Positions 61,847 to 64,000 of a stretch of DNA of 64,000 nucleotides are shown one piece after another; position 1 is the first letter of the stretch, and the number at the start of each line of letters is the position of its first letter. Position numbers and translations under genes: made by a program. The notes beneath the pieces are model-generated. The model did no database searches. It was not told the origin of the DNA and saw nothing but the letters and a program-made list of their open reading frames with translations. This DNA is from Methanotrichaceae archaeon (GTDB taxonomy: Archaea > Halobacteriota > Methanosarcinia > Methanotrichales > Methanotrichaceae). The stretch lies in assembly GCA_963813075.1 (NCBI GenBank), contig CAWEXU010000004.1, positions 32,001-96,000 on the forward strand, written 5' to 3'.

Positions 61847-62998
61847 CTATCCCTTCTCATAGATCTTCTCTGCCATGTCGCAGATCCTCTCCCAGTCGTA
61901 GCCCCGTGCCAAATGCCGGCAGGGCGCACGCATCCTGCTGCTCTCTTGAAGAGCCAAAAGGAGCCCTTCTGCCAGATCCTCGGGCGCAGGCGGGCAGATG
62001 ATCCCGGTATTCTCTGTGACCAGATCCATCACCGCATTCATCCGGTGCTCGACCGTCACCACCGGCAGGCCGCAGGCATTGGCATCCAGGGCGGCCATGC
62101 CGAATCCCTCTCTGGTGGAGGGGGAGGCGAAGGCGCGGGAGGACTTCATCAGGGCCAGAGCATCATCATAGTTCTCCAAAAATCCGGAGAACTCGATATT
62201 TTTCTCCAGCCCCAGTTTCCCGGTAAGGGCTCTCAGCCTCTCTTTCTCCGGCCCGTCGCCGATGATCACCGCCCGCACATCCGGCAGATCTGACCTCATT
62301 ATGCCCACCGCCTGGATGAGGAGGTCGATGTTCTTATGGGCGGCCAGCCTCCCGGCAAAAACGATATCATACTGCTTCGGGGAGGGCGCTATCCCCTCGA
62401 TCTTCTGCCAGTCGAGGCCGTTGGGCACCACCTGCACCCCACTTGCACCCAGGCTCTCCAGGTCCCTGGCCGTCCTCCTGGATACTGCCAGGTTGCGATC
62501 GGTCAGCCGGGCAGCGACAAGTTCAGTGATCCGGCCCATCTCTCCCTTCCTTCCCAGGTACTGGTGCCAGTAGTCACCCCAGACCTCATGCCAGGTGATA
62601 AAGAGCTTCTGAGGCTCATGGTTTCTCTGCTTATTCCATCTGCTCGATAGATGTGCGGAAAAGCAGGACAGATATGGAAAGTTCTGGCAGTCGACCACCG
62701 CCTCTCTGGAAGGATGAGCGAGCAGACCGGCGGCGAAATAGACCGCCTCTCTGATCGATCTCTTCCCATTGACATAAAGGGGCCTGGGCGGGCATATGCC
62801 ATGAAGGCGAACCCCCTCTCTTTCAATCTCGTCCTCTCCCGGCCACCATTTCATGCCGTAGCAGTGGACGGCGTGCCCCCGCCCCGCCAGCCTGCGGGAG
62901 AGCTCATAAATCCTCTTCTCCGCTCCCCCTTTGACCCAGGGATAGACCGCATCGTACACATAGGCGATCTCCACCTCATTCGCCGTCCTGGTGCCCAT
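61847..62998 (-). CDS. GT4 glycosyltransferase
   Basis: [37 protein letters not shown]. Confidence 0.9.
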   Translation of the reverse strand: MGTRTANEVEIAYVYDAVYPWVKGGAEKRIYELSRRLAGRGHAVHCYGMKWWPGEDEIEREGVRLHGICPPRPLYVNGKRSIREAVYFAAGLLAHPSREAVVDCQNFPYLSCFSAHLSSRWNKQRNHEPQKLFITWHEVWGDYWHQYLGRKGEMGRITELVAARLTDRNLAVSRRTARDLESLGASGVQVVPNGLDWQKIEGIAPSPKQYDIVFAGRLAAHKNIDLLIQAVGIMRSDLPDVRAVIIGDGPEKERLRALTGKLGLEKNIEFSGFLENYDDALALMKSSRAFASPSTREGFGMAALDANACGLPVVTVEHRMNAVMDLVTENTGIICPPAPEDLAEGLLLALQESSRMRAPCRHLARGYDWERICDMAEKIYEKG

Positions 62999-64000
62999 GG
63001 TAAAGCAATAGCAGGCTGATGAACATCCCCGAGAATATGGTCTGAATTCCAAGAATGATGAGGATCATGGCCACCATGGCGTTCTGGGCGGCGTCTAATG
63101 CCCCAAATCCCGCTCCCTTCCACCTTATCAGAACCCCGAGACCGATGACGATTCCCGCTGCCAGCAGAGCCAGCCCGATTAAAAGCTCCTTTTCCAGGGA
63201 ATGGTAGCTGATCAGCTTTTTCATTCCGCTCGACCTGGACAGGCCCCAGGCAGCCCCAAAAGCTCTGAAATGCAGCCCGGCAAGAAGCATCTGATAGCCG
63301 ATGATCAGAAGCAATCCCCCCAGGATCAGGGAATGCATCCTCGAGCCCCCCTCCAGATAAACCGCCACTGCCAGGACCAGGCCGAAGAGGAGGGCCACAC
63401 CACCCGGGACGAGCAGAAAGGGCCCCGGCCGGTAGAGCATCATGAACCGCATATGCCTCCAGCCATCGGTGAACGAATTCAGCTTGGAGCTCCCCTGGCG
63501 GGGATAGTAGTTGATGGGGACCTCAGCAATCCTCAGACCGCGGGATGCAGCCTCGATCACCATCTCCGAGGCGAACTCCATCCCTCCTGACCTGAGGTTC
63601 AGCTTATTCAGAGCATCGCGGGTCATGCCGCGCAGACCGCAATGGGCATCGGAGATCCCGGCGGAGAAGAGCCGGTTTAAAATCCAGGTCAAAATGGGGT
63701 TTCCCACATAACGGTGAAGGGCGGGCATCGCCCCGGGGATTATCCTGCCCTTCAGCCTCGATCCCATGACCATGTCATACTCGCCCGTCTCCAGGCAGGG
63801 CAGCATATCCAAAATGGCCTCCGGGTCATAGGTGAGGTCCCCGTCCATGAGAAAGATATAGTCCCCCTGAGCCTCCTGGAAACCCAATAGATATGCATTG
63901 CCATACCCCAGCCTCTGGGGGAATACAACCCGAGCCCCGCAGGAGGCAGCTATATCCGCCGTCTGGTCGGTGGAGCTGTCAGCGACAATTATCTCTCCCT
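62976..64000 (-). CDS. GT2 (dolichol-phosphate mannosyltransferase-like) with TM tail; 5' part outside window
   Basis: [36 protein letters not shown]; frame open to window end. Confidence 0.9.
   Translation of the reverse strand, partial: GEIIVADSSTDQTADIAASCGARVVFPQRLGYGNAYLLGFQEAQGDYIFLMDGDLTYDPEAILDMLPCLETGEYDMVMGSRLKGRIIPGAMPALHRYVGNPILTWILNRLFSAGISDAHCGLRGMTRDALNKLNLRSGGMEFASEMVIEAASRGLRIAEVPINYYPRQGSSKLNSFTDGWRHMRFMMLYRPGPFLLVPGGVALLFGLVLAVAVYLEGGSRMHSLILGGLLLIIGYQMLLAGLHFRAFGAAWGLSRSSGMKKLISYHSLEKELLIGLALLAAGIVIGLGVLIRWKGAGFGALDAAQNAMVAMILIILGIQTIFSGMFISLLLLYHGHQDGE

Overview
Archaeal chromosomal window, most likely from a Methanothrix-like methanogen. This is inferred from class I LysRS, hdrA-mvhD/C/B, CCA-less tRNAs, NreA and many secreted proteins. 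It is mostly housekeeping: lysS, glyS, pheST, adk, pyrH, pyrE, hisI, tRNA-Gln(CUG), tRNA-Ser(GCU), the Hdr operon, hcp, transporters and glycosyltransferases. Single-base indels break many genes, including essential ones, which looks like uncorrected long-read error. Accessory content includes two IS200/IS605 elements with intact TnpB, several toxin-antitoxin remnants and an AT-rich block. Highlights: (1) after repairing two indels, a small helical Bell-like gene and the adjacent NLR/STAND gene carry a matching amyloid-like motif (effector C-terminus, receptor N-terminus), a candidate archaeal NLR-amyloid signalling immune module; (2) an unassigned ~440-nt highly paired intergenic RNA candidate upstream of hsp20; (3) a protein-free ~305-nt structured RNA candidate with its own promoter that ends in the TnpB right end, a likely stand-alone omegaRNA. 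All structures were paired by eye; no searches or folding programs were run.
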